NCBI GenBank assembly: GCA_032718475.1
Contig: JAUCBJ010008321.1
Coordinates: 1-46,399 of the forward strand
Source: Nemertoderma westbladi
Taxonomy: Eukaryota > Animalia > Xenacoelomorpha
Direction: 5' to 3'
DNA length: 46,399 bases
Below the pieces are notes generated by a model. The model made no database searches and had not been told where the DNA came from. It worked only from the letters and a program-made list of their open reading frames with translations. Within the stretch, counting starts at the first letter, position 1; every line of letters begins with the position of its first letter. Below are positions 1 through 13,291 of the stretch, in pieces. The position numbers and the translations under genes are program-made.

Positions 1-3000
1 TAGAGATCAGATAACAAATGGACCACACAATTTATTAAAAGACTCGCACCTCTTTGGACTTAATATATGGCTTCAATTTTATTCAACAGTAGATATTTGG
101 GGGAAGTTAGATAAACTGCATTTTATGCAGTGAATCTAACTTCCCCCTTCATGATATAATATACCAAAGACACACTCTTTGGAGGACCTGTTGTTTACAA
201 TGTAGACTTTGTTCAACCTAAACAACTTAAGTCAGATTAACAATATTATCCTGTAAAATTTCTAAGCAATGACTGGTATGAAAAATGCTGATCTTCGAAC
301 TATGGTTCTGTAATTAAGTTTTATTACTTCAACTTTTATACGGATTTACCAGTGAAAGAAACCTAGAATCCATTATCACAATGTAACAGTATCAATAACC
401 ATATCTATTCTATGTAGATCATAAGAGAGACATCCTTGATTCATATATTATAATTTCCGAGCTGAAATGTTTCGGTGACTATAACTTACAGGCTTCGTAT
501 TATGTACAAACGACTGAGTAGTATATATTAATATTACTGGGTTACCGGTATATAGAACGAGTGTAGACTGGAAGCGAAAATATATTACATACAATTTCGA
601 GTAATATAAAATTAACGAGTCCAGTTCGTCTCCCCTCGTGTAATTCGACGCATACCCCCCCCCCCCCCCCCCCCCTCCACACTTTTTCCTTTACCTCGTG
701 GTCTTTCTCTAAGTATAACTTCATTTTGGGTCCACCTTGGTGGGAAGAAATATCTTTTAAAAACATTCAGTAAGGGCGGCGTCGAGTGAGGTGAATTCGC
801 CGCCCCTCTAAAGGACGCAGTCTACATAGAGGACGCGTAGTTACTGCGAAAACGGTGTTCCCCCCCCATTCGACCTATTTCCAGCCGTACGATTTTCTCG
901 ATTTTTCGAGGGGGGACGCGTAATGCCAAAAAAATAAGATTCTTCAGAGCTTTTAGCGAATCTATCGTTTTGACGGACATGACGGACAATTGTCTGGTTT
1001 TTTTGTCTTTTTTTCACTAGGACTCTTAAAAAACCTCTATTTGACGCATCCATAGACACCGAGAATCGAAAGAGGGGGTCTAAATTAGACGTTTCCACAT
1101 CTTGGAATACCCCGCCTCCGGGCTTGTTTTCCGTCTATTGTCCGTCAAAGTTGAAAAAACGGACAAAATGACTTTGCGGAATCCGCTATAACTCGGCTAA
1201 TATTAATCGTACGGGGACGAAAGTAACGCGGTTGGAAAGGGGAAGAGTGGTACTACCTTCGTATCGAATGGGGGTAAGATATTTATTAAAATTTCGGGTG
1301 GAAAAAAGGGGCCGTAAATTTCTACGTTTTTGTCCGTCTTTTTTCGAAATTTTATTTCCGAAATGTTTAATTTGACAACGCGGGTAGGATTCCACTAATT
1401 CTTTTTTGAAACTCGTAGAAGACCATTGGGGCTACGTTCCTATCGAGTGGGGGTACAAAAAATATGTCAACAATAGGGGCCAAAGAGGGCAAGAATATGT
1501 AAAATAGTTTTTATCGAATAATTTTTTATTTTTCACTTTAGTTGGTTAAGGTACATTTTATACAGTCAATATCGATACGGGGAATTCAAATATGCTATCG
1601 GTTTTGCTCCGCGGACGCTATTAAAAAAATGAGGGCCAAAAATAAAATTTCGCCCTTCAAACTTGCTTCGCGGGAAATCGTCTAGCTCGAAAACTACTTA
1701 ACTTACGGGAGATTTGTTTACACAGACTTATAGTGCGTTAAATTATCTATCTAACAGCGTTAGTTACAGCGCATTAGCTTTTATACAACTGCTGCGGCAG
1801 ACGATCGTGTGAAATAAAATATTTAAAAAAAGGGACGAAAAAATTTTTTTTTTTAATAAATCGCTACTCTATGATAATTTAGCGTCTTTGCGCCAAAACT
1901 ACCTGTAAAATGTAGCAAATTACCTCCGCTATCTTTTTTCTTAACATTTATAATTAAAATTACGAATTTTAAGGGTCGAAAAATATCGCGTAATTTTGGC
2001 CCTTTTTTTCATTTTTTTTTGGGGCCAAAAATGACCCCCTCTCAAAAGATAGAAAAAAAAATTACGGCAAAGAATATACCAATTTTATTGAATTTGGACC
2101 ATCAGAACCGAAGTTAGAGCGATTTTAGTGAAAAAATAAAAAAAAATTTTTTTACAAAAAATTAAGAATGGTCAATATTGGATTTCGTACCCACGAACTT
2201 AGGTTTCATTAACATGATTGATAACCACTAGACTACGTGACCAATATAATTTGAAATTTTCGAGTGACTATTTTTAAACATCAATAACTTCGGTTCTATT
2301 GGGCCGTTTGATCTGAATCTTTTTTCATTGGATAGAGGATAGATTGTAGTGTGGGAAATAGGATACAACTTGGGAAAAGACGCATGTGCACTTAGTGCAA
2401 AATGCACTTAAATAGTGGACATTTTTTCGATATTTCAAACACTATTATTTCCAGTTCTATTCATCGTAGAATGTTATTACTTGGGTTAAAATGTAGTTTG
2501 GAGTGATTTCTAACTATAATCTTAACATTTGTTTATCTTTTTATGTCTATAAAGTGACTTAAAATGTCCATGAATATGGTCCAAAATCGCAAATGTCGCG
2601 ATTTATTAAATTGGATTTTTGACACTTTTAGCGACTGACACTTGATCATGCACCATCGTAGATCGGTAGAGAATAGACATAAGTGTGTTAAATAGGAACC
2701 ACCTTTAGGATCCGCTAAAGTGCACTTGTGCAAATATGTGTGCAAATGTGCAATTTTTTTTAATAAGGTCAAATGGTGTATTATTGGGTTCTTTTCGTTG
2801 CAGATAATTTATTTTCATATTAATATGTTGTATGGACCTTACTGAGCGCATTAGGAGTATGTGTACAAATAACCGGTCCTTATAAGGGTTCAATTGTATA
2901 AATTAATAATAAATAAGGTTGTAATATTCTAAAAACCAGTGTGATCTTAAATGAACTTTAAACAATAAATAGTAGAGATCAGATAACAAATGGACCACAC

Positions 3001-6000
3001 AATTTATTAAAAGACTCGCACCTCTTTGGACTTAATATATGGCTTCAATTTTATTCAACAGTAGATATTTGGGGGAAGTTAGATAAACTGCATTTATGCA
3101 GTGAATCTAACTTCCCCCTTCATGATATAATATACCAAAGACACACTCTTTGGAGGACCTGTTGTTTACAATGTAGACTTTGTTCAACCTAAACAACTTA
3201 AGTCAGATTAACAATATTATCCTGTAAAATTTCTAAGCAATGACTGGTATGAAAAATGCTGATCTTCGAACTATGGTTCTGTAATTAAGTTTTATTACTT
3301 CAACTTTTATACGGATTTACCAGTGAAAGAAACCTAGAATCCATTATCACAATGTAACAGTATCAATAACCATATCTATTCTATGTAGATCATAAGAGAG
3401 ACATCCTTGATTCATATATTATAATTTCCGAGCTGAAATGTTTCGGTGACTATAACTTACAGGCTTCGTATTATGTACAAACGACTGAGTAGTATATATT
3501 AATATTACTGGGTTACCGGTATATAGAACGAGTGTAGACTGGAAGCGAAAATATATTACATACAATTTCGAGTAATATAAAATTAACGAGTCCAGTTCGT
3601 CTCCCCTCGTGTAATTCGACGCATACCCCCCCCCCCCCCCCCCTCCACACTTTTTCCTTTACCTCGTGGTCTTTCTCTAAGTATAACTTCATTTTGGGTC
3701 CACCTTGGTGGGAAGAAATATCTTTTAAAAACATTCAGTAAGGGCGGCGTCGAGTGAGGTGAATTCGCCGCCCCTCTAAAGGACGCAGTCTACATAGAGG
3801 ACGCGTAGTTACTGCGAAAACGGTGTTCCCCCCCCATTCGACCTATTTCCAGCCGTACGATTTTCTCGATTTTTCGAGGGGGGACGCGTAATGCCAAAAA
3901 AATAAGATTCTTCAGAGCTTTTAGCGAATCTATCGTTTTGACGGACATGACGGACAATTGTCTGGTTTTTTTGTCTTTTTTTCACTAGGACTCTTAAAAA
4001 ACCTCTATTTGACGCATCCAGAGACACCGAGAATCGAAAGAGGGGGTCTAAATTAGACGTTTCCACATCTTGGAATACCCCGCCTCCGGGCTTGTTTTCC
4101 GTCTATTGTCCGTCAAAGTTGAAAAAACGGACAAAATGACTTTGCGGAATCCGCTATAACTCGGCTAATATTAATCGTACGGGGACGAAAGTAACGCGGT
4201 TGGAAAGGGGAAGAGTGGTACTACCTTCGTATCGAATGGGGGTAAGATATTTATTAAAATTTCGGGTGGAAAAAAGGGGCCGTAAATTTCTACGTTTTTG
4301 TCCGTCTTTTTTCGAAATTTTATTTCCGAAATATTTAATTTGACAACGCGGGTAGGAATCCACTAATTCTTTTTTGAAACTCGTAGAAGACCATTGGGGC
4401 TACGTTCCTATCGAGTGGGGGTACAAAAAATATGTCGACAATAGGGGCCAAAAAGGGCCAGAATATGAAAAATAGTTTTTATCGAATAATTTTTTATTTT
4501 TTACTTTAGTTGGTTAACGTAGATTCTATTCAGTCAATATCGATACGGGGAATTCAAATATGCTATCGGTTTTGCTCCGCGGACGCTATTAAAAAAATAA
4601 GGGCCAAAAATAAAATTTCGCGCTTCAAACTCGCTTCGCGGGAAATCGTCTAGCTCGAAAACTACTTAATTTACGGGAGATTTGTTTACACAGACTTATA
4701 GTGCGTTAAATTATCTATCTAACAGCGTTAATTACAGCGCCGAAGCTATTATACAACTGGAGCGGCAGACGATCGTGTGAAATATAATATTTATAAAAAA
4801 GGGACGAAAAACGTTTTTTTCTTAATAATCTGCTGTTCTATTATAATTTAGCTCTTTGCGCCAAAACTACCTGTAAAATGTAGCAAATTAACTCCGCTAT
4901 CTTTTTTCTTAACATTTATAATTAAAATTACGAATTTTAAGGGTCGAAAAATATCGCGTAATTTTGGCCCTTTTTTTCATTTTTTTTTGGGGCCAAAAAT
5001 GACCCCCTCTCAAAAGATAGAAAAAAAAATTACGGCAAAGAATATACAAATTTTATTGAATTTGGACCATCAGAACCGAAGTTAGAGCGATTTTAGTAAA
5101 AAAATAAAAAAATTTTTTTTTACAAAAAAATAAGAATGGTCAATATTGGATTTCGTACCCACGAACTTAGGTTTCATTAACATGATTGATAACCACTAGA
5201 CTACGTGACCAATATAATTTGAAATTTTCGAGTGACTATTTTTAAACATCAATAACTTCGGTTCTATTGGGCCGTTTGATCTGAATCTTTTTTCATTGGA
5301 TAGAGGATAGATTGTAGTGTGTGAAATAGGATACAACTTGGGAAAAGACGCATGTGCACTTAGTGCAAAATGCACTTAAATAGTGGACATTTTTTCGATA
5401 ATTCAAACACTATTATTTCCAGTTCTATTCATCGTAGAATGTTATTACTTGGGTTAAAATGTAGTTTGGAGTGATTTCTAACTATAATCTTAACATTTGT
5501 TTATCTTTTTATGTCTATAAAGTGACTTAAAATGTCCATGAATATGGTCCAAAATCGCAAATGTCGCGATTTGTTAAATTGGATTTTTGACACTTTTAGC
5601 GACTGACACTTGATCATGCACCATCGTAGATCGGTAGAGAATAGACATAAGTGTGTTAAATAGGAACCACCTTTAGGATCCGCTAAAGTGCACTTGTGCA
5701 AATATGTGTGCAAATGTGCAATTTTTTTTAATAAGGTCAAATGGTGTATTATTGGGTTCTTTTCGTTGCAGATAATTTATTTTCATATTAATATGTTGTA
5801 TGGACCTTACTGAGCGCATTAGGAGTATGTGTACAAATAACCGGTCCTTATAAGGGTTCAATTGTATAAATTAATAATAAATAAGGTTGTAATATTCTAA
5901 AAACCAGTGTGATCTTAAATGAACTTTAAACAATAAATAGAGATCAGATAACAAATGGACCACACAATTTATTAAAAAACTCGCACCTCTTCGGACTTAA

Positions 6001-9000
6001 TATATGGCTTCAATTTTATTCAACAGTAGATATTTGGGGGAAGTTAGATAAACTGCATTTATGCAGTGAATCTAACTTCCCCCTTCATGATATAATATAC
6101 CAAAGACACACTCTTTGGAGGACCTGTTGTTTACTATGTAGACTTTGTTCAACCTAAACAACTTAAGTCAGATTAACAATATTATCCTGTAAAATTTCTA
6201 AGCAATGACTGGTATGAATAATGCTGATCTTCGAACTATGGTTCTGTAATTAAATTTTATTACTTCAACTTTTATACGGATTTACCAGTGAAAGAAACCT
6301 AGAATCCATTATCACAATGTAACAGTATCAATAACCATATCTATTCTATGTAGATCATAAGAGAGACATCCTTGATTCATATATTATAATTTCCGAGCTG
6401 AAATGTTTCGGTGACTATAACTTACAGGCTTCGTATTATGTACAAACGACTGAGTAGTATATATTAATATTAATGGGTTACCGGTATATAGAACGAGTGT
6501 AGACTGGGAGCGAAAATATATTACATACAATTTCGAGTAATATAAAATTAACGAGTCCAGTTCGTCTCCCCTCGTGTCATTCGACGCATACCCCCCCCCC
6601 CCCCCCCCCCCCCCCTCCACACTTTTCCCTTTACCTCGTGGTCTTTCTTTAAGTATAACTTCATTTTGGGTCCACCTTGGTGGGATAAATATTTCTCCAT
6701 TTGACGCAACACCGCCGCGGCCGCTATGAGGGAGGTGAATACCGCGGCCGCTCCTAAAGCCGCAGGCCATCGCTAACTATATAGGTTAACTTGGGATTCT
6801 GGGGGACTTTTCGATGAAGGAACTGACCAAATTTTTTTATTTTCTCACCAGGGGAGCGGCTCGGAATTCTAAGATATTAGCAACTCTAACATTATTAAAT
6901 CTAACCCTTCGACGGACACGGCGGACAAAAAACCGTCATTTTTTCGACAATTTTAAAATTTTTTTGAAAGGCGCTCTACAGTGGCTCGAAAAAACCCTAG
7001 GTTATTGCTTAGCCGACGCCGGGATACGATAGAACGGATTAATTAGTGAATTCGTTTTTTTTTTCAAAAAAGATTACCACGCCTTTTTTCCGAAAATGTC
7101 CGTCAAAGTTGAAAAAACGGACAAAATGACTTTGCTGGATCCGCTATAACTCGGCTAATATTAATCGTACGGGGACGAAAGTAACGCGGTTGGAAAGGGG
7201 AAGAGTGGTACTACCTTCGTATCGAATGGGGGTAAGATATTTATTAAAATTTCGGGTGGAAAAAGGGGCTGTAAATTTGTACGTTTTTGTCCGTCTTTTT
7301 TGGAAAACTTATTTCCGAAATGTTTAATTCGACAACGCGGGTAGGAATCCACTAATTCTTTTAAGAAACTCGTAGAAGACCATTGGGGCTACGTTCCTAT
7401 CGAATGGGGGTACAAAAAATATGTCGGCAATAGGGGCCAAAAAGGGCCAGAATTTGTAAAGTAGTTTGTATCGAATAATTTTTTATTTTTAACTTTAGTT
7501 GGTTAAGGTACATTCTATACAGTCAATATCCATACGGGGAATTCAAATATGCTATCGGTTTTGCTCCAAGGATGATATTAAAAAAATGAGGGCCAAAATT
7601 ATAATTTCGCGCTTCAAACTTGCTTCGCGGGAAATCGTCTAGCTCGAAAACTACTTAACTTACGGGAGATTTGTTTACACAGACTTATAGTGCGTTAAAT
7701 TATCTATCTAACAGCGTTAATCACAGCGCCGGAGGTATTATAAAACTGGAGCGGCAGGCGATCGTGTGAAATATAATATTTATAAAAAGGGACGAAAAAT
7801 TTTTTTTTTAACAAATCGCTATTCCATTATAATTGAGCGTATTGCGCCAAAAGTACCTGTAAAAAGTATCAAATTAACTCCGCTATCTTTTATCTTAACA
7901 TATATAATTAAAATTACGAATTTTAAGGGTCGAAAAATATCGCGTTATTTTGGCCCTTTTTTTTAATTTTTTTGGGGCCAAAAATAACCCCTTCTCAAAA
8001 GATTAAGAAAAAAATTACGGCAAAGAATATACCAATTTTATTGAATTTGGACCACCAGAACCGAAGTTAGAGCGATTTTAGTGAAAAAATAAAAATAATG
8101 TTTTTTGCAAAAAAATTAAGAATGGTCAGGTCAATATTGGATTTCGAACCCGCGAACTTAGGTTTCATTAACGTGATTGATAACCACTAGACTATGTGAC
8201 CAAGAGAATTTGAAATTTTCGAGTGACTATTTTTAAACATAAATAACTTCGGTTCTACAGGGCCGTTTAATCTGAAACTTTTTTCATTGGATAGAGGATA
8301 GATTGTAGTGTGTGAAATAGGATAAAACTTGGGAAAAGACTTATGTTCACTTAGTGCAAAATGCACTTAAATAGTGAACATTTTTTCGATATTTCAAACA
8401 CTATTATTTCCAGTTCTATTCATCGTAGAATGTTATTTTTTGGATTAAAATGTAGTTTGGAATGATTTCTAACTATAATCGTAACATTTGTTTAACTTTT
8501 TATGTCTATAAAGTGACTTAAAATGTCCATGAATATGGTCCAAAATCGCAAATCCAGATTTATTAAATTGGATTTTTGACACTTTTAGCGACTGACACTT
8601 GATCATACACCATCGTAGATCGGTAGAGGATAAACATAAGTTTGTTAAATAAGAGCCACCATTACGATCTGCTAAAGTGCATTTGTACAAATATGTGTGC
8701 AAAAGTGCAAATTTTTTAATAAGGTCAAATTATATAGTATTGGGTTATTTTCTTTGCAGATACTTTATTTTCATATTAATATGTTGTTTGAACCTTACTG
8801 AGCGCATTAGGGGATATGCGTACAAATAACCGGCCCTTATGAGGCTTCGATTGGGTAAATTAATAAAACATAAGGTTGTATAGTATAATATTCTAAAAAC
8901 CAGTGTGATATTAAATGCACTTTAAATAATAAATACAATTGGACCACACAATTAAAAACTCGCACAATTTTGTACTTATTATATCGCTTCAAATTAATTC

Positions 9001-9120
9001 AACAGTGGATATTTGTGGGAAGGGGGAAGTTACAGTGTGCATTCGGGGGAAGTTTGGTGAACTGCATTTATGCAGTGAATCCAAACTTCCCCCTTTGATA
9101 TATCATATACTTAAGACATG
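1..9120. repeat. Tandem array of ~2.97-kb units (3 full copies plus a degenerate partial 4th); probably continues left of the window
   Basis: TAGAGATCAGATAACAAATGGACCACAC recurs at 1, 2973 and 5938; a diverged partial copy (GGACCACACAATT...AAGACA) lies at ~8940-9120. Short ORFs recur at the same period. Units 1 and 2 are nearly identical; unit 3 is more diverged. Confidence 0.95.
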
Positions 9121-10759
9121 CTAGGGTGACGGGGAAATATTTGTTACTTTACATACCTTTTACTTTACATAACTTTGCTTCCATTTATCCTATCCTTTAT
9201 TATTATCCCAGTCAGATAAGAGATAATAAATCAGTAAAAACTAAACTAAACTGTCTTTCATGCAAACAAATTTCTAACTAAAGACGGGAGATTGACCATG
9301 ACCATGGAAATAATTTTAAATATAATAGTATATCAACTATTTGGGGAGGCTTCCAAGTTAAACCAGAAAATAATTATTTCGTTACATATAATATAGTAAA
9401 TAACGTCGTATGTTCTTCTTCCTCTCATAAAAAAATATAAATGAAATATCTCTGATCGGTATGCCCTGTAACATTTCACAACCAAAATATTTAAGTGTGA
9501 AAAGTGTAGGCCTACCACACTCCGCCCAAACAACCGCAAACGCATAGCCAACAAATTTAACAAAAGGTTACATACATGTTGGGTTCATGACGAGATGAGT
9601 GAAAATTGATCGCGTAATATAAAGTAAAAAATTAAGAGACGGGCTGGCTCTCCTCCACTTTCTTACCCAATGGATATGTTGTTGTAATAATCTAATATTG
9701 GGGCGGCTTTCTCTCGTTTTGCAGAATTAATTGCAGAACATTGGTAATGGTACATGTTTTGTCAAGCCAAGTCAGAAATTAGTCTCAAATTTGCTGACTT
9801 CCAGCTAAAGCACTGTATTGAAGAACAGTAGGCCTAAGTGTATAGGCTAGGCAGGCAGGCTGAATATGAGCATTATGCCATAGGCACCATGTAGTACATG
9901 TACAGTAGTAGGGTATTACACAAGTACATTTGCCGTGGAAATCAATGGCAAATACATCTTTAGCGAAATTTCGCGGCAAATACATTTGTCTTGGAATAAC
10001 TACGCAAATGGCAACGGCAAATATAATAATTGCTGTGAGATGGTTGATGTCTATCAACCTTTAAAATTGGCAAATTTTGTTTAAAGGAAATATTCTTTCA
10101 GCATGGCTTTCACCAATACAACTACAACTTGCAATGGGATGGTTTCTTGTGTTGCCATGTGTTCCAATTGGAATCCAACATTATCTTATTTCATCCGAAT
10201 TATACAGAAAACGTTTTATTATCAGTATCGAATGTTTTTTTAGTTTGTTCAATACGGGGGAGTTTTGGTAGAAGGACACATGTTTCTTCTTGAAGCTACC
10301 ATTGAGTAGGCATATCTAGGATAAGCTCATTTTATTATAACTTCATCCTTTGTGCAGCTAAAAATAGAAGCAAGCGCCATAATATTACACACACCACCAC
10401 ACGCCAGCGCATTTCGGGATGTGATCTATACTAATGTAGAAGACGGAAGAGAAAATGCCTCATTGTCGTGAGTGTAACTCATCGTTCAAAATTCGTCGCA
10501 AAAAGTTTAACGAAAAAGAAATCGTCTTTCCAGGTAAGTCATTACAATAAAACAAATTCGTGAAGTGTTTTGAACTACCGAGTTACTAATTCTCTTGCGA
10601 GTGAAGGAGCATTATTTGTTTTCGGAGAACGTATAACGGTAAGGGAGATGGTACCCCAGAACTTTTCAAAAATTGAAAAATTTTCGAAATTTTTTTTTTA
10701 TTAATTCTAAATCAGAATTTAACGTAGATTTCAGAAATCGAAATCCTAACATCACATCA

Positions 10760-12240
10760 TAAGCGTAAGTTTTCTGTTTGTCTGTCTATTGGTCTGTTTT
10801 TCTGTTTGTCAACAAATTATGGATATAAATATGTACACCACCTAACTAAAATTATTGCTACATGGGTTTTCGTGGTAGCGGATTTCATTTCCGGGGTCAG
10901 TTTTCAAATTTGACGTAATTTAGTTTGTCTGTCTGTTTGTCCGTCTGTCGGGCTGTCTGTCAAAAACATAACGAATCACACTACGTAACTAAAATTTTTC
11001 ACTGTGGGGGTTTTTAAGATCGGTGATTTCATCTCTGGTGTTATCTTTCCTGTTTGGAGGAATCTATTATGCCTGTATATTTGTCTGTCAGTCGATCTGT
11101 CTGTCAAGAAACACATACAGACAGACTTAAACAGACAGTCTAGGTTCATTCAATTATTAAAAATGACATGGGAAATGAAATCAGCGACTAGAAAAACCCC
11201 CATATCAGAAATTATAGTAAAGTGATATTCAGTAGTAAAGTGACTGTCTGTCTGTCTGTCTGTCAGTCAGTCAGTCAGCCAGCCAGCCCAGTTAAATTAC
11301 CTTATAGTTTCCTTATTTCATTGGAAATATCTCCATTATTATTTAGCACATATTCCAAAAACTTATCCCGACGAATTTGATCTGTTTTACCTTTTAATCA
11401 CCTAACAGCATATTTATATTGTAAGTTTGCACGTCTACTAACATGAAAGAAATTGCTCTGAGACGCATTGGGCCTTCCAGCGGACACCCACACATTATTC
11501 CAAAAAATGAAATCAGCGACTAGGAAAACCCCCATATCACAAATTATAGTAAAGTGGTGTGCTTACTTATTTATTGTCAAAACCTTCAAAATGCCTTCAT
11601 GATACAGCACCGCGTTACCTGCGTAATCGGCTTACATTGTACAATCCCACGCGCGAACTGCGTTCTACAGACAAGGGTCTACTTGTAACCCCGCGCTACC
11701 GCCTGGAACATTATGGTAAGCGAGCATTCTCAGTATCTGCCCCAACCATTTGGAATGCGCTATCTGATGACATTCAAAACGCTGACTCCATTGGGATATT
11801 CAAAGCGAAACTCAAAACATATCTTTACAGGGATGAATACCACAACACAACAACCAATTGAATTATTGATGCCATCACTACTCGGTGCAAATATTATTTT
11901 TAAAGAATTTTAAGTCATTTTTAGGATTATTTTTTAAAACTCATTAATTGTTTCCTAAACTCAATAATTTCTTTTTTTAGATCGTCTAAGTATTTCTAGA
12001 ATGTTGTTTTATTATGTACATAGCAGGAAATCTGCTTTTTACTTTTTACTTCTGGTGCCTTGTTTAAAGTTCATAGAAAGGCGCGATATAAATATATTAT
12101 TATTATGTGAGATTGACAGTCAGACAGACAGAATAACAGAGAGTCCAGATGTCATCAAACATTAAAACAGATATCAGAAATGAATGCAGCGACTACGAAA
12201 ACCCCTAAATCATAAATTTTGGTTCGCTGGAGTAGTTTAT
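10760..12240. repeat. Fragments of a (GTCT)n-containing interspersed repeat (DINE/HINE-like) in both orientations
   Basis: ATGAAATCAGCGACTAG(A/G)AAAACCCCATATC-like motif at ~11175, ~11507 and ~12180, with inverted copies at ~10860-10890 and ~11005-11030. Interspersed TCTG/GTCA microsatellite runs; a related motif occurs at ~44572. Confidence 0.5.
11570..12106 (+). mobile_element. 5'-truncated LINE (L2/CR1 group): ORF2 C-terminus, 3' UTR and (TAT)n tail
   Basis: Translation CLHDTAPRYL...YNPTRELRS...GLLVTPR...YGKRAFSVSAPTIWNALS...FKAKLKTYLY is the characteristic L2/CR1-group ORF2 C-terminus. The fragment ends in GCGCGATATAAATATATTATTATTAT. Confidence 0.85.
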
Positions 12241-12726
12241 TATATTTTGGCTTATTTTTGAAATTTCTCGCGTTTTACATAAAATTAGCGGGAAGGTTTG
12301 AAAACTTAAAATGCGTTTTTCTCAGCATCTTATTTTTCGTGAAATTTATTGAGAACGGTTTGATGGAATTGGCTGAAATTTTCGCAGCAGGTTTTTAGTA
12401 GTGAGACACAATTGTGGAACCTCTAAAAACATGTTTAAAACAATTATCAAATGTAATTCTAATATAAACTTCGAAAATGTGTCATTTTTTGGTTTTTGGT
12501 GGAATTAAGTGACCGTCGAACATAAACACAAAAAAATTTCAAATTTTGTTAGGTTCCAGGTGTGTCTCGATAGTTACTCCGCCCTTCTGGAAATTTTCAT
12601 GATATTCCATCTTGTAGAACGAGCGTAATGGGTACATATGTGTTAATAGTAAAATGTATGGGGATAGCCTGGGTACCATCTCCCCTTAAGATTGTCCACC
12701 TACAGTATTCGTAAACACGAAATTTC

Positions 12727-12865
12727 GCGAAGATCGCGAGGTTTGCGAAGTTAAATTTTGTGTTTACCAATACAATTATTGGTGGAGCTTCGTAGAACTA
12801 ATACATTTAGTTATACAGCTCCACCAATACAATTGGTGGAGCTTCGCAAACGTCGCGATCTTCGC
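12727..12865. repeat. Small palindromic (MITE-like) element
   Basis: GCGAAGATCGCGAGGTTTGCGAAG (12727-12750) is a 23/24 inverted match to 12842-12865. An internal perfect 12-bp stem AGCTCCACCAAT-ACA-ATTGGTGGAGCT spans 12817-12843. Confidence 0.7.
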
Positions 12866-13101
12866 CAATGTTTTAGAACATTTTTAAAAAGTAATAAAAT
12901 TCGTCATTTGCAAAGCAGCTCTGAGCGTAATTGGTTGTTATTCACAAAACTTATTAAACTTTTTAGTTTCTTCAAACAAACAAAATTTTAACCGTACTAT
13001 ATTAAATGCTGGGGATCACAGATTTCGCCCATCCGTAACATATTAATAGGGGATTAAAATGATAAATATTATATATTTAGATAAACGGCACAGGTGTCGT
13101 C

Positions 13102-13291
13102 ATGAAGGCCCTTTTGCTATTAACGGTTGTTTTCGGCACGGTGTCATGTCAGTGGTTCTTCCCACCACCGGCACCACCACCACCCCCACCCGGTCCAGAC
13201 GCATCTGGCCTCGGACCCAACATTGCGGAACACAAGAGCTGCCATCAGACTTCCACATCGGATAATGGGGCAGCGGACCGAGCTACTGATG
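13102..13291 (+). CDS. Mosaic protein coding exon 1: signal peptide, poly-Pro linker, start of F-type lectin domain
   Basis: MKALLLLTVVFGTVSC-QW signal peptide; PPPAPPPPPP; NIAEHKSCHQTST...ADRATDG matches the F-type lectin N-terminus; donor G|GTGAGT at 13292. Confidence 0.85.

Larger units (their letters stand above)
10643..12685. mobile_element. Non-autonomous DNA transposon with short TIRs and TTAA-type target (Kolobok-like), hosting nested repeats
   Basis: Left end GTAA|GGGAGATGGTACCC (10643) is the inverse of right end GGGTACCATCTCCCC|TTAA (12685; TTAA 12686-12689). Purine-start termini with a TTAA target fit Kolobok; the left TSD is imperfect. Confidence 0.55.

Noticed and set aside
2202-2231. 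Imperfect hairpin followed by CTAG as a Helitron end in the 2.97-kb unit
   Set aside because: The stem is weak, CTAG is followed by A rather than T, and no matching 5' end was found.
1-2972. 5S rRNA, snRNA, spliced-leader or histone gene as the basis of the tandem unit
   Set aside because: No signature sequences found by eye; an Rfam/Infernal scan would be needed to exclude them fully.
542-9124. Short ORFs repeated in the 2.97-kb units
   Set aside because: No recognisable motifs; frames break or change between copies (poly-C length, swapped cassette).
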